DNA of 64,000 nucleotides from Prasinococcaceae sp. CCMP 1430 (Eukaryota > Plantae > Prasinodermophyta), in contig RQSC01000015.1 of assembly GCA_013416795.1 (NCBI GenBank), forward strand, positions 167,696-231,695, in the 5' to 3' direction. Numbering within the stretch: position 1 is the stretch's first letter; every line of letters starts with the position of its first letter. The notes beneath the pieces are model-generated. The model was not told the DNA's origin. It saw nothing but the letters and a program-made list of their open reading frames with translations, and made no database searches. The position numbers and the translations under genes are program-made. This document shows positions 31,957-43,425 of the stretch, piece after piece.

Positions 31957-33237
31957 ATGCAGTACTACACGAAGCAGCAGCTCGAGGGCGCCAGTCGCTA
32001 CACTGGCAAGTGCCGCGTGGGCAACTGGTGCGTCGCGCCGCGCGCGCCGCGCTGGCGCGCGCCCGGGGGCGGACGGGCGAGCCTGTCGTGCCGGCGAAGC
32101 CCCTCCCGCACAAACCAAAAAAAAAAATGGGAGGAATTTCGGGCGTCGCGCGCGCGCGCATCGACGAGGGGCTGCACTGCCGTGCGGGCGCCCCCTCTGT
32201 GCCATGGCGAGCGCGGTCGCGTCCGAGGGCGCAAGCGATGATGCTGACGCGCGCACCTGCCGCGTCCGCCACCCCTGCCCCCGCAGGAATGAGGACATGG
32301 AGCTGGACTCGGTGCGTCCGTTGCCGCATGCACACTCGCGCGCGCGCGCGAGCGAGCGCCTTATTTTTTTCTGAGTTTTGTCCGGAGGCGCATCGACGTG
32401 CGCGGCGTTGGCGCTGACTGCAAGCCGCCACCGCCGCCGGTGCCCCTCGCTGTCGCGGTCGCTGGCGTCCTGGCTGCGACCGCCGGCCACGTCGCCCCCT
32501 CGCGCACCCTGCAGACGCTGCTGAAGGACTACATGTCCAAGAAGCGCCATGGCACACTCCTGCTGGACAAGTACAACGCGCGGATGTCGAAGTGCATGCG
32601 TCCCGCGCCGCTGCTGTGCCAGGACGCTGAGGGCGGCGTATCCTTCGGTGACGTGTGCATGATCAAGCACGGCGCGTCGGGTGCTGCGCTCGCGTTCGAC
32701 GTGGACGACAAGGTGCGGGCTATGCGAGGTTTGAGAGAGGCTGACGCCCTTGCCGCGTGGTCCGCTCGCCTCACGCAGAACAGCTGCAGATGCTCCGTGC
32801 CCCCCTCTGTCGCGGCAGCGAGCTGACACGCTGCTCGCTCGCCCGCCCCTGCCTCTGTCCCGCCACGTGCACGCGCGCTCACCAGGATCCGCGGCTGGAC
32901 GAGGAGACTTTTGCTGTGAGCGGCGCCACGGGCGAGAGCGCTGCGGGCCCCGTTGCCCGCAACACGTTTCTCCTCGTTGACCCGGCGGGCTCGGGCACTG
33001 GGCCTGTGCTCTACGGAAAGCCGCTGCTGCTGCGGGCCAACCCGGTGGTACGTGTGCGGCGGCTGCCGCTTTACCTGCCATCCGCATCGTTGCGCGAGCC
33101 GAGCTGTCAGTGGATGTGCGGCGCGCGCATGCCCTGCTGACTGACACAGCGCGCCACACGTCGCCACGTGGCGCTCCGCCCCCCCCAATATCTGCGCTTG
33201 CACCGTCCCTGGAAATGATCTCCGGGTGCCACTCGAC

Positions 33238-33271
<34 letters not shown>

Positions 33272-33722
33272 CCCTCTCGGCGTGACCGCTGCGCAGGTCC
33301 TCGGCGTGTCGCCTGAGGAGATGTCGAGCGCGCCCGGGCTGTACCTGCGCTCGTGGCCGCTTTCCACCACCGCCTTTTCAAAGCTCAGCAGACGCCAGGA
33401 GGTGGCGCTCACCTCGACCAAGTCATACGCGTGCCAGTGGGTTGTGCAGCCAAAGACGCCATCCATGCGCAAGATGCTTGAGGGGAAGGTGGTGCGCGCG
33501 GGAGAGGAAATCGTGCTGGTGCACGCCGCCACGAAGCAGAGCCTGTGTTTCACGGGCAAGAGCTACGCTACCGACTTCGGGCCCGAGTACGAGGCGTGCG
33601 CGTTCACTTCGCAGCTGAACAACAAGAGCGGCACGCTGGAGCAGATGTCGATGGGCGTGCCCGACGCGCTGATAGAGAAGTCGGAGAACTTGGAGAACTT
33701 CTTCACCATTGTCAACGCATAG
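31957..33722 (+). CDS. CFAP161: Cilia- and flagella-associated protein 161 (C15orf26-like); exons 31957-32027, 32287-32311, 32515-32712, 32886-33047, 33297-33722
   Basis: Spliced product begins MQYYTKQQLEGASRYTGKCRVGNW|NEDMELDS|TLLKDY (the GNWNED motif), then ..PVARNTF..LYG..YLRS..QEV..EG.VV..HAATKQSL..TDFGPEYE. All four introns are GT..AG and in phase. Confidence 0.85.
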
Positions 33723-33889
33723 CGCCATCGACACAGAACCCCTACCCATCAAATCCCACCCGGACCCCTTGTAAGACTATCAACCGCGTACAGAAAGCGC
33801 GGATTCGACGCACGCGCGCGCAAGTTGCGTGCGTGAGCGATGGCGCACGGGGCGTTGGCGGCCAACTTTATTAAAAGTGCTACTTACGA

Positions 33890-35500
33890 TCAGTCTGAGT
33901 CCTCGTCCTCCCAGCTACTGAAGACTTTCTTCGGCTGCGTCTTCGCATACGCGGCGCCGACGGCGCCCTTGCCATCGACGTCCTTCGCATGGCGAGTGAA
34001 GGCCTCCCGGATATCGCTGACGTCTCCGCCAAGCTCGCCGCGCGTGTGGCCGCCGGCCTTGAGGACATGCTGTTTGAGGATGGCGTGTTCGGGGAGCCCG
34101 ACACGCCCGCCACGTCCGCGCGAGCCCAAGATGGGTCCCGCGGTGAGCGCACCCGCGTCGGGGCGCAGTGACGCCTCGGACGCCTTCTTCTTTGGGTTGG
34201 TATACTTTTCGCCCGCACCCGGCGCATAGATCTGCCCAGGGCCAACCTCCCCGACGAAGGCATCCGGGCGGCGCTTCCGCGCCCGCGCGCACAGGCTCGC
34301 GCCGCGCTCGGAGAGGTCCTCGTCGTAGAGCACGCGCACGCTGCCCGCGCCGCGCGCGCCCGTGCAGACTGCCAGCTGGTTTATGCCAGCGTGCCATGCA
34401 AGCCGCGTCGGCATACCGCCGCCCTCACCCTCCACCGGCACGCCCAGGATGTCCTCGAGGTTGCCCGCGCGCAGAAAATGCAGCGAGCCGCTGCCACCCG
34501 CGCCGGCACCCTCGCGCGCCACCCCGACGGCAAGCAGCTCGCCGTCGGGCGAGAAACCGACGTCGCCCACGTCGTACGCAGTTGGCAGGCCATCTCGTGA
34601 TGAGATCGGACCCGCGCCCAGATTTCGCACGTCCCACACCTCGACGCTGTCCTCTCGGCGCACTGCGAGCGCGCGACCGTCTGGAGCCAAGCGCACGCAC
34701 ATCGCGCGATTCTCGCCGCCGCCTGCGCGCTGAACCCCCGCATGGTACTCCTTTGGGCGCGGCACACATTTGGCCGTGATCTTGATGGCCACCTGCTCCT
34801 TGGGCGCGGCGGTCGTCGACGCCATGATTGCCGAAGCACTGCGTAGGTCCCACATCTGTACCGATCCGTCCGCGCAGCCCCCATAGATGCACGAGCCACT
34901 TCCTCTGTCCCATTCGATGGCAGTCACGGGCAGGCGGCCCTGCGGCGTGCGCTGCCTCGGCCGCAGCAGCGTTTTGTTCTGCAGGAAGTCGCTCGCGTCC
35001 CACACCCGCACCGTGCCATCCTCCGACGCCGTGGCGTAGGTGGCGCGCTCGACCGGGCTGAAAGCGCACGCGTTGATTGCAGCCACGTGACCCACGGTCT
35101 TGGTCAGGTCGAGAATGTACATGTCGCCGCGGGACGTCTCGCCGAGGGTGCGGCCGTCCCGGTCCAGCAGCTTCGCGCGCGGCGCTGCCGGGCACACGAG
35201 CAGGTTGTCGCCCGTGCATGACCAGCTCAGGTCGGCAACGCGCTGCTCCGCGCAGCCCTCGAGGGTGCGGAACGGCCTCAGCGAGGCCGTCATCCCTCCG
35301 AAGTCGTACATCTCAACGCAGCCGTCCGTCGCGCCCGACGCGAGCCGGTTGCCCCTCGGGTCGAGCGCGAGCGCCGACACGGGGGCGACGCGCGCGCCAC
35401 CGAGCACACACTCGCGGCGCACAGGGGCACCCCAGTCGCGCGCGCGCGACAGGGCGTTGCGCTCATCGTCGCTGTCGATCTCCTGCGCCTCCGTCGCCGG
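33890..35500 (-). CDS. WDR70: WD-repeat protein 70 (GAD-1); start codon not found
   Basis: VSALALDPRGNRLASG..MYDFGGM...RPFR, GDMYILDLTKTVGHVAAI, DIREA and AYAKTQPK..F motifs. Confidence 0.9.
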   Translation of the reverse strand, partial: PATEAQEIDSDDERNALSRARDWGAPVRRECVLGGARVAPVSALALDPRGNRLASGATDGCVEMYDFGGMTASLRPFRTLEGCAEQRVADLSWSCTGDNLLVCPAAPRAKLLDRDGRTLGETSRGDMYILDLTKTVGHVAAINACAFSPVERATYATASEDGTVRVWDASDFLQNKTLLRPRQRTPQGRLPVTAIEWDRGSGSCIYGGCADGSVQMWDLRSASAIMASTTAAPKEQVAIKITAKCVPRPKEYHAGVQRAGGGENRAMCVRLAPDGRALAVRREDSVEVWDVRNLGAGPISSRDGLPTAYDVGDVGFSPDGELLAVGVAREGAGAGGSGSLHFLRAGNLEDILGVPVEGEGGGMPTRLAWHAGINQLAVCTGARGAGSVRVLYDEDLSERGASLCARARKRRPDAFVGEVGPGQIYAPGAGEKYTNPKKKASEASLRPDAGALTAGPILGSRGRGGRVGLPEHAILKQHVLKAGGHTRGELGGDVSDIREAFTRHAKDVDGKGAVGAAYAKTQPKKVFSSWEDEDSD

Positions 35501-36924
35501 CGGCACGCGCGGCGCCGCAGGCGCGACGCGCGCCACGCGCGCCACGCGCGCGCGGCCTGAAGCCTGAGGGCTCAGTGCGGCGCATAGCTCCCCGCTGCCA
35601 GGCGGCTGCGGTGCCCGAGCCGCCGGCTACTTCCCCTGGTCTTCCCACTATTGACGAGACGCTCGACTATGTCAAGTTCGTTGTTCCACTTGCTGCGCTG
35701 GTCACCGTCGACAAGGTGCTCGCAGCGTTCCTTGCCGCACAGGGCGTGACGTTCCCCGCGCCCATAATTGGCATGTTTGGCTTCTTTGGCGCGCTGCTCG
35801 CGCTCGAGAAGACGGCACCCGCCGTCAACAACGCCATCATCGACTTCTTCCAGCCCGCCGTGCAGTGGCTCACGCGCTGGCTGCCTCTCTTCTTCGTCCC
35901 CTCGTTGGTGACGCTTCCGCTCGCAGTGCAGTCGCTCAGCACAGCCGAGGTGGGCAAGCTGTTGCTCATCCTGCTTCCAGGTTGGGCGCTGAGCTGCGCG
36001 GTGACAGGCGCCGCCGTGCAGACCGTGCGTTCGTTCACGCGAACCTCCCTGCTGCCGTATACTCCCTCGCCGGCGCCGCCGCCCTTCTCGGCCGGCGTGC
36101 GCAACACCTGGGTGGGCGTCGCGCTCGCTGGCTTCGCGCTGTGCGCGGTGAGCCCGCTGGCGTTGGGTAGTGTGGCCATGACCGCGGCGCCCCCACTCAT
36201 CGCATGCACGGTGCTTGGCTACGTGGTGGGCACGGCCCTGCCCGCGGCGGTCAAGAGCGTGGTGCACCCCGTACTCACCACAGCACTCTTTGGCGAGCTC
36301 GGCTGTGCCTTGTACGGGATGATAAGTGGCATGCACTTGACAGATGCTCTGACCATCTACAAGACTGGCTCGCTCATGATCAACCCCGGCGCGGGTGACA
36401 TATTCATGGGCTTCCTCGGCAGCGTCATCCTCAGCTTCGCCTTCTCGATGTACTCCCAGCGCGCGCTCATGAAGCGGCACTGGCGCGAGATTTTCGGCAG
36501 CGTCGGCATGAGCTCGGTATTTTCGCTCTTCTCGACGGCCGCTCTGGGGAAATTGCTGGGCCTCGGCCCCGCGCTGACCATGGCCGTCGTGCCGCGCTGC
36601 ATTACGGTGGCGATCGCGCTGCCGATGGCTGACATGCTCGGCGTGGCCGACCCTTCGCTCACCGCCGCAGCGGTCGTGCTCACCGGGCTCATCGGCGCCA
36701 ACTTCGGCCAGAAGATGCTCGACATGTGCAAGTTCGACGACCCCATCACGCGCGGTATCGCCACCGCGGGCTCGTCGCATGGGCTCGGCACCGCTGCAAT
36801 CGCCCCCAAGGAGCCCGAGACTCTCCCGTTCTGCGCCATCGCCCAAGCGCTCACCGGCATCGCCTGCAGCTGCCTCGTGGCGGTGCCCGCCGTGCGAATC
36901 GCGCTGCTTGCCATCGCTTCGTAG
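35500..36924 (+). CDS. PLGG1: Plastid glycolate/glycerate translocator (LrgA-LrgB fusion); start codon not found
   Basis: Transit-peptide-like RRIAPRCQAAA, FPAPIIGMF, WLPLFFVPSLVTLP, GAGDIFMGFLGSVILSFAFSM, PRCITVAIA, RGIATAGSSHGLGTAA; ~12 transmembrane segments. Confidence 0.92.
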   Translation, partial: AARAAPQARRAPRAPRARGLKPEGSVRRIAPRCQAAAVPEPPATSPGLPTIDETLDYVKFVVPLAALVTVDKVLAAFLAAQGVTFPAPIIGMFGFFGALLALEKTAPAVNNAIIDFFQPAVQWLTRWLPLFFVPSLVTLPLAVQSLSTAEVGKLLLILLPGWALSCAVTGAAVQTVRSFTRTSLLPYTPSPAPPPFSAGVRNTWVGVALAGFALCAVSPLALGSVAMTAAPPLIACTVLGYVVGTALPAAVKSVVHPVLTTALFGELGCALYGMISGMHLTDALTIYKTGSLMINPGAGDIFMGFLGSVILSFAFSMYSQRALMKRHWREIFGSVGMSSVFSLFSTAALGKLLGLGPALTMAVVPRCITVAIALPMADMLGVADPSLTAAAVVLTGLIGANFGQKMLDMCKFDDPITRGIATAGSSHGLGTAAIAPKEPETLPFCAIAQALTGIACSCLVAVPAVRIALLAIAS

Positions 36925-37473
36925 GCACGGTGGGCGGGGCGCGTCGCCAGGGGCACGCGTCGCGCGCTGCTTGCTACTGTAGGACGCCACCACCACACCC
37001 GCATCCCCACCGGAGGGCACCCCCTCTCGTCGTACAACCTACTGGCCATAGCGCCAACGCATGCAACAGCCCGGCCCTCCGCGTCTGCCTTCCCGGCCGC
37101 CGGTCGGCCACGCCGCGCGCGACGCGCGGTTAGGAGGCAGCGCTCGAGCCCGCCGCCGGCACCCGCGCACCTGCTCTTTCTTCGCGCCGCCCCACGTGCC
37201 GCGCGCGCCCTGTGGCCGCCGCACCTCCGTCGCGCGCGCGCAAAAATGGCCCGGCGACGCGCCGCCGCCGCTGAGCTGGCGGGCCGAAAAGAGGGGACGG
37301 GGGGAAGAAGGAGAGTCTTTATTTAAATTGAAGGCAAAGGGTCATTCGGAACGCTGCGGCGTCGGCGGCGCCGTTTTTTGTTTGCGCGGATTTGTGATGC
37401 GGATTTTTCGCGCGCTCGTCTGTTTGCGTGTGCGTGGGCGACGCAGCCAGCGGGGGCGCCCGCCGGCGCTGGG

Positions 37474-37869
37474 CGGCGAGTCATATACCCAGCATCCGCT
37501 GTTCGAATCGCAGTATCTACAAGACCTTTACGTGCCCCATAACATGACATCACATATTCAGAAATAGATAATCCTTCACGAAAGTTACTTGTAATTGGAA
37601 ATTCAATTAATGTTCCTTTAGAATTTGACATTAATCCGCGCATACCAATTAATTGTCGAACTTGAGAAATGTTACCACGTGCTCCTGAAAATGCCATCAT
37701 ATAGACGGGATTAAAAGGATTTGTTGATAAAAAATAATGTAAAATTCCTGGTTTTAATAAATCATTGGCATATGTCCAAGTATAGAGTGCTTTTTGTACA
37801 CGTTCACTTGAAGTAATTAAACCTGCTTGCCATTTTTGTGAAGTTAGATTAATATCATTTTGTGCTTTT
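37474..37869 (-). other. rpoC2: Plastid-derived DNA: second rpoC2 fragment (continuation of the 30966-30676 piece)
   Basis: AT-rich block translating [23 protein letters not shown]...[61 protein letters not shown]. It abuts a 100-N gap. Confidence 0.93.
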
Positions 37870-37969
37870 NNNNNNNNNNNNNNNNNNNNNNNNNNNNNNN
37901 NNNNNNNNNNNNNNNNNNNNNNNNNNNNNNNNNNNNNNNNNNNNNNNNNNNNNNNNNNNNNNNNNNNNN
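37870..37969. other. Assembly gap (100 N)
   Basis: Run of N; there is also a single N at 40503. Confidence 0.99.
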
Positions 37970-38143
37970 GTAGACTAGCCGTGCTGTTGTGATCGCTCCC
38001 CTTTCCCCCTTTCGCACGTGGCCGCCGCCGCGTCCCTGCGCCCATCTGACAAACCCGCCCTCGCGCCTGCCTCGCCCATCCACCAACCCATCCATCCATC
38101 CACCCAACCACCCGCGCCGTGGCCGCGCGCGCGTCTCGCGCAG

Positions 38144-38542
38144 GGCTACCACCAACAGCAGCTCATCGAGATCCTTTCGTACGCGCTCATCCTGACCGGC
38201 AACCACATCTTCACGAGTGGCGCGACGGGTACCGACGCTGCGGTCATCCGCGGCGCGTTGCGCGCCGACGCGCCCGAGCTGCTCACGGTGGTGCTGCCGC
38301 AGTCGGTGTCCAAACAGCCGCCCGAGAGCCAGGAGCTCCTGAAGGACGTGCAGACCGTGATCTCCAAGCCCGAGAACGACGAGCTCGCCCTTGGCGACGC
38401 CAGCCGGATCTGCAACGCCGACATCATCACGCGCGTCGAGCAGGTGATCTGCTTTGCCTTTCACGACTCCAAGCTGCTCATGGAGACGTGCGAGAAGGCA
38501 CGCGAAGAGAACAAGATAGTCACCCTGTTCTTCTTGGACTAG
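38144..38542 (+). CDS. Cyanobacterial-type DprA/SMF-like (DNA recombination-mediator A family) protein, last exon; 5' exons missing
   Basis: GYHQQQLIEILSYALILTGNHIFTSGATGTDAAVIRGALRA..LLTVVLPQS..QP.ES...SRICN..II....QVICFAFHDS.LL.ETC..A.....IVTLFFLD. Acceptor cgcag ends at 38143. Confidence 0.8.
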   Translation, partial: GYHQQQLIEILSYALILTGNHIFTSGATGTDAAVIRGALRADAPELLTVVLPQSVSKQPPESQELLKDVQTVISKPENDELALGDASRICNADIITRVEQVICFAFHDSKLLMETCEKAREENKIVTLFFLD

Positions 38543-38941
38543 TGGTAGGCGCGGCAGGAGGAGGACGTGCAGGGCAGGCGATGCGTGGGCCCAGCGACGG
38601 GCGCGGCCTGCAAGCTCGCGGGCAAGCGAGCACCGCGGCCGATCCGGGCCGACGGGCGCCCGCCCCACACTCTTTGGGATTGTAATTCGACTGCATCTGA
38701 GCCGCGCGCGTCCAGCCGCGACTGGCAGCGCTCGCTCGCGCTCGCTCGCGGCGCGGCGGCAGTTGGCGGCGGCTCGGTCTCGGCACGTGGTGAGGGCGGG
38801 GTGGGGTGAAAGGGGGGGGGGGGCGGCAATTGGCGTCGGGGGAATGCGTCGCGTGTACAGAGAGCATGTTACAAAAAGGAGTCACGGAGGCGCGCATGCG
38901 CTCGGCGGTGCGCGCGCGCAGGCGCTCGGCGGAGACGCCCG

Positions 38942-40474
38942 TCACGCTCGCGACACGTGGACAGGCACCGGCGGCCTCGGCGGCTGCGCGTCGACGGGCG
39001 ACTCGGCGTCGACCGCGTAGTTCACGAGCAGGGTGCGCGCGCCAATCCGCGCGCCGTCGACGGCGCAGCGGTCCACCACGGGCGCGGCGGCGCCAGCAGA
39101 TGGGAAGTGCGCGTATGCGCTTCCGTAGAAGAGCTTGGTCTGACGGTCGACGATCCACTCGATCACGCAGCTGCTCTTGGCGACCGTCTTCGCCTTGGAG
39201 CCCACCCCGAGGGCGGCGCGCACTGCGTCGGCGTCAACGGCGAGCGGCAACTTGCCGACGAAGACGCGGCGCGATGGAGGGCGCGACTCGTTCCTCCTGC
39301 GCTTGGCGATGCGCTGCGCCGCCTGGCCGCCCGCTTTCTCCCCGGCGAGGCTGGCGAGTCTCCGCTTCTGGCGTGCGATGTCGGGCAGCGGCAGGTCGTG
39401 CAGCGAGTGGCCCTCGAGGCACAGCGGGCAGCGCAGTGATGACGCGATGGCCGCCTTGCCGCGGCGCGCACACCGCTCGCACACGATGACCGGCACCGCG
39501 CACGACGCCACCGCGCACTTGAAGTCCGCCTTGTAGGCGTCGTGGTCGTCGCCGCAGCAAGCGCACTTGGGCCTGATCTGCCGCGACCTCGCGTCCCCCT
39601 TGGTCACCATGTCGGCCTGAGCGACGCTCGTCTGCTCCTCGCGCCTGTCGAACAGATAGTTCTTCCCCCGCCAGTGACCGCCATCGGGAAAGGTCTTCAG
39701 GTAGCGGTCGATGCCTCCCTGCACCATCGAGATCCCGCGCGTGCTGAAGTCATCCGAGGCCTTCTCAATCTGGTGCAGGAGCGCGCTCGCTCGCTCGCAG
39801 CGGATGCCGCCGGTGCAGTACATGAGCACCTTCTTGCCCTTGAGCTGCTCCTTGGCGGTATCGGAGTTGAGCCACTTGGGAAACTCCCTGCTGTTGCGCA
39901 TCTTGGGGTCGATGAGCTTCGCACCGCCCTCGGGTGGAACCATGCGGCCAATGTCGGTCTCGTACGCGTTGCGCACGTCGATCACCACCGCATCGGGGTC
40001 CTCCATCATGCGGTGGTACTCGTCGGCGTCAACATGGCGCGCGCCGTTCTGCTTGAGGCTGGGTGCCCTCGCTCCCCCAAGGCCGTAGGCGACGAGCTCC
40101 TCCGTGTGCTTGATGGTGAGGCGCTTGAAGAGCGCGTGCTCCGGCTCGTCGTCGGATATCTTGAAGTCGGTCTCCTGGAAGAGCGGGTCGAACGCGCGCA
40201 GTCCCTCGCAGAACGCCCGCGCCTGCGCTGGCTCGCGCGTGGTGAGGGTGCAGTTGAGCCCCTCCACGGCGGCGCGGCCGCGGCCCGTGACGCTGTGCTC
40301 GGCGGCGAGGCGGGTGAACTCGGCGAGCAGGCGGCGCAGCTGCGCCTGCGACCACGCGGGCTCGGCGTACTGGTAGAACAGCACGACGGACACGCCCGTC
40401 GCGCCAGGCGCCGGCGGCGGCAGCGGCGCGTACGCGACCGAGCGCGCGTTGCCGCGCACGACGGCCGACGCCAT
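38942..40474 (-). CDS. Rhodanese-domain protein, TrhO/TSTD2 (UPF0176) family, with C-terminal RRM
   Basis: VLFYQY, GRGRAAVEGLNCTL, IDVRNAYE, MYCTGGIRCERAS, GGIDRY..G.NYLFDRR; Cys cluster; RRM (VFVGKLP..FYGSAYAHF). Confidence 0.88.
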   Translation of the reverse strand: MASAVVRGNARSVAYAPLPPPAPGATGVSVVLFYQYAEPAWSQAQLRRLLAEFTRLAAEHSVTGRGRAAVEGLNCTLTTREPAQARAFCEGLRAFDPLFQETDFKISDDEPEHALFKRLTIKHTEELVAYGLGGARAPSLKQNGARHVDADEYHRMMEDPDAVVIDVRNAYETDIGRMVPPEGGAKLIDPKMRNSREFPKWLNSDTAKEQLKGKKVLMYCTGGIRCERASALLHQIEKASDDFSTRGISMVQGGIDRYLKTFPDGGHWRGKNYLFDRREEQTSVAQADMVTKGDARSRQIRPKCACCGDDHDAYKADFKCAVASCAVPVIVCERCARRGKAAIASSLRCPLCLEGHSLHDLPLPDIARQKRRLASLAGEKAGGQAAQRIAKRRRNESRPPSRRVFVGKLPLAVDADAVRAALGVGSKAKTVAKSSCVIEWIVDRQTKLFYGSAYAHFPSAGAAAPVVDRCAVDGARIGARTLLVNYAVDAESPVDAQPPRPPVPVHVSRA

Positions 40475-40876
40475 TGTAATGGAGATGCTCCTGTACACGA
40501 ATNGGGGGCGTGCCACTCTTGCTGCTTTGCGCGCTGCGCGCGCAACCCACCCACCCATCCCGGGCTAATTGCGGTGCGGCCTGACAGCAGCATTTTAGAT
40601 CAAAAATTTTCAGTGTTTACCGTAAAAGTGACTTTCAGGCATCAAGGCAGGGTACACTACAATGTACAGTAACCCAAATCGCGCATCGAACCTCGGGCGT
40701 CAAGACTCGCGCGTCGCGCCGCCGGGCGGCGCTCCGGCCCTCGGAGCCGGGAGTGAGCGCGGGCGGCAGCGGGCGAGGCGTGAGCGCGGGGTCCTCCTCG
40801 CCATATACAAATGTGTACAGTGAGCCTATGCTCGCGGCGGCCACGGGCGGGGCGGGCGGGCGCCGCTCCGCGCCGG

Positions 40877-43425
40877 TCACACCGAGAGCAGCTCTTGCAG
40901 GGAATACAGCTCCTCGAGCTGCTCGAGATTGGTGGCGGCAGCGTCGCACCCGTTGACAGCGCCGGCGGCCACGTAAAGCTCCCGTGCGCGCAGCGCGTCG
41001 CCCTGGTGCGACGCCAGCACGCCGGCGTTCGAGCGCACGCGACAAAGCGCGGCATCGACGACCGGGCCAGACTCAAGGAGCTGCACGACGAGTGTGATGC
41101 GCGAGGGCCCATGCATCGGGTGAGCTAGCGATCGAGCGCATAGACGCGCGACGCGCGCGCATCGACCGGACGGCCTCCGCTGCAATCAGCTCGTCGAATG
41201 CGCGCTCGTACCTGCAGGATGACCCTCGCAACGGCGAGCTCGTTCGAGGCACGCTCGTACCATCCCGCGCGTGCGAACGCCGACGCGCGCTCCTCGAGCG
41301 CAGTCGCATGCTGTGTCCTGAGCTCAGCGGCGCGATCGCCGACCAGAAGCGCGCGCGCAGCCTCTGCGGTTTCGAATGTGTCTTGCGCCGCCGCTACAGA
41401 CGGCAGGGTCGTTCCTCCTGCCCTCTTGAGTATGGCTACAAGGTGCTCCCTGACGGCATCAAGCGGCGCGCCTGCGCGTAGCGCACCACCCACCGCACCG
41501 AGGCGCGGCGCACAACACAACGCCAGCGCGTCGAGCAGCGCACCCGCCATGTGGGCGTCCGTGTGCTCCAGCGGCGCATCCTCAGGTGGTGCGAGCCCGA
41601 AGCGCAGTCCACTGCGCCACACGCCGTCAGGCACGGGATGCGTGCGCAGGTCCTCGCACTCAGAGGCAGCGCCTTCGTCGCTGGTGCCATCGATGCGGCC
41701 GCGACGGCACCCATCACGGACGTTCGTCACGGCCTCTGTCGGCGCGCTCGTGCCGTCCTCGGCGCCTTCTGCACGGCGCGTTGTGTGCACGCGCGCATCG
41801 TCGCCCTCTTCTCCCGTGACAGCACCATTTTCTGCAGCGCACGCGCCCCACTCGGCGCTCTCCTCCTCGCCTTCCTCGCCAATTGCTACCGCCCAGCCGA
41901 AGTCCACCACCACCGCCGCGGGAAACAACGAAGGGCGTCGTATTTCGCCCACCACCTCCTGTACGTCCGCACCACTGGGGCGCTTTGGCGCTCTGAGCGT
42001 CACGCGCACATTGTCGGCGCTTAGATCGCGGTGCGACACGCGCGCGGCGCGCAGGTCACCAAGCGCGTCAACCAACGAAAGGGCCACGCGGGCCCACTCA
42101 TCGCCGCTCAGAGCAGGTAGTGAGGCCGCGCCGTCCTCGGGCGCACTCGCAGACTTTTCTGCGTCCTGCGTTCTCACGCTCGCGCCGCCGCCGCCATCGG
42201 CGACGTAGCCTGCTCTGTCGTACGCACCGCGCGTGAGCTCGTACATCGATGCGTCACCGGCGAGCTCGAAGCACGCAATCGCGTGGGTGTGCGCACGCGA
42301 CGAGGCGGACTCAGGTCCGCAGCCGGGCGTGCGCTCATCCTCGCCCACACGCGCGAGCGCGAGCGGGGCAGCGAACAAATTCGCACAGCCGCGCAAGGCC
42401 GCCGCTGCACGCGCGCGTGCAGCCAACCGAGCTTCTCGCTGCGCGATCCCGCCCGTTGCCTGCTTGCAAAAGAGTGCGCTCGCCGGCTGGGAAGCGCCGC
42501 ACAGCACGCCCAGCGCCTCGTTGGTGGCCGCCGTGCCGACGTCTACCGGCAGTGCGCTAGCATTCCCGTCCGCGCGCGCGCGCGTAGCGTGGCAGTCGAC
42601 ATGGTACGAGCGCGCGAGGTATGCATCCCCGAGCGCCGTCGACTGGCTTCGCAGCACGCGCGCATGCGCGCCGCCCAGCTCTGCCAGCAGGGCCGCACCG
42701 GAGCGCTCGTGGTTGCCTGCTGAGCCCCCTCCTGGGAGCTCCGACAGCCAGCCTGCGGCAGCGAGCGCGGCGTGGCTCCACCCGAGGTCCGTTCGCCGCG
42801 ACGCACGCGATGCGTACTCTAGGAGGAGGCGCCCCTCGTGAGTGGGCGCGCCTGCGACCTCGCGCTCATGTGCGTGCGCAAGCGCCAGGAGGCGCACATG
42901 TGCGCTCCAAGGCACATAGCCGAAGCGCGCGACGGCGTCGGCGAGCGCCGCAGCTGCCGCGTCGCCCGCTCCGAATGCTCGCAGTTGGGGGATGCGAGCG
43001 CCTCCCACCGCTCGAGCGCGCGCGTGTGCCGTGCACAGCGCGTTTGCCCTCGCGCCCGCGCCCGTGCGCCTGCCCTTGGCGACACCTCCGGCGTCTTCAC
43101 CATCACCGCCAGCGTCGCCGAGCGCACGCAGCTCGAACGCGCCGGATCCAAAGAGCGCATCGGCGGCCCCAGCAGCCGCCATCGCGTCCGATCCGGCGCC
43201 GCACACGACGACCAGCGGCGGCTGCGCGCCCTCAGACACGGCGGCGGCGGCGCCCACGCGCTCCCACCCATAGGCAACGACGCCGCCTGCCGCACCGAGG
43301 CGGTGCGCCGCTTCGGCCAGGCTGCCCCCGCCGCCACTTGCGCCGACGACGCCACCAGCGGCGACAACGACAGCGCCCAGCGCAGCGAGGGCGGCGAGCG
43401 AGCAGGCTGACAACGAACGCGGCAT
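40877..43425 (-). CDS. Signal-peptide-bearing protein kinase-like protein with C-terminal TPR-like helices; intron 41211-41081
   Basis: Hydrophobic N-terminus, HRDLSADNV catalytic loop, VVVDFGWA. A GTACGA..GCAG intron links to the exon LLESGPVVDAALCRVRSNAGVLASHQGD..ARELY. Confidence 0.6.
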
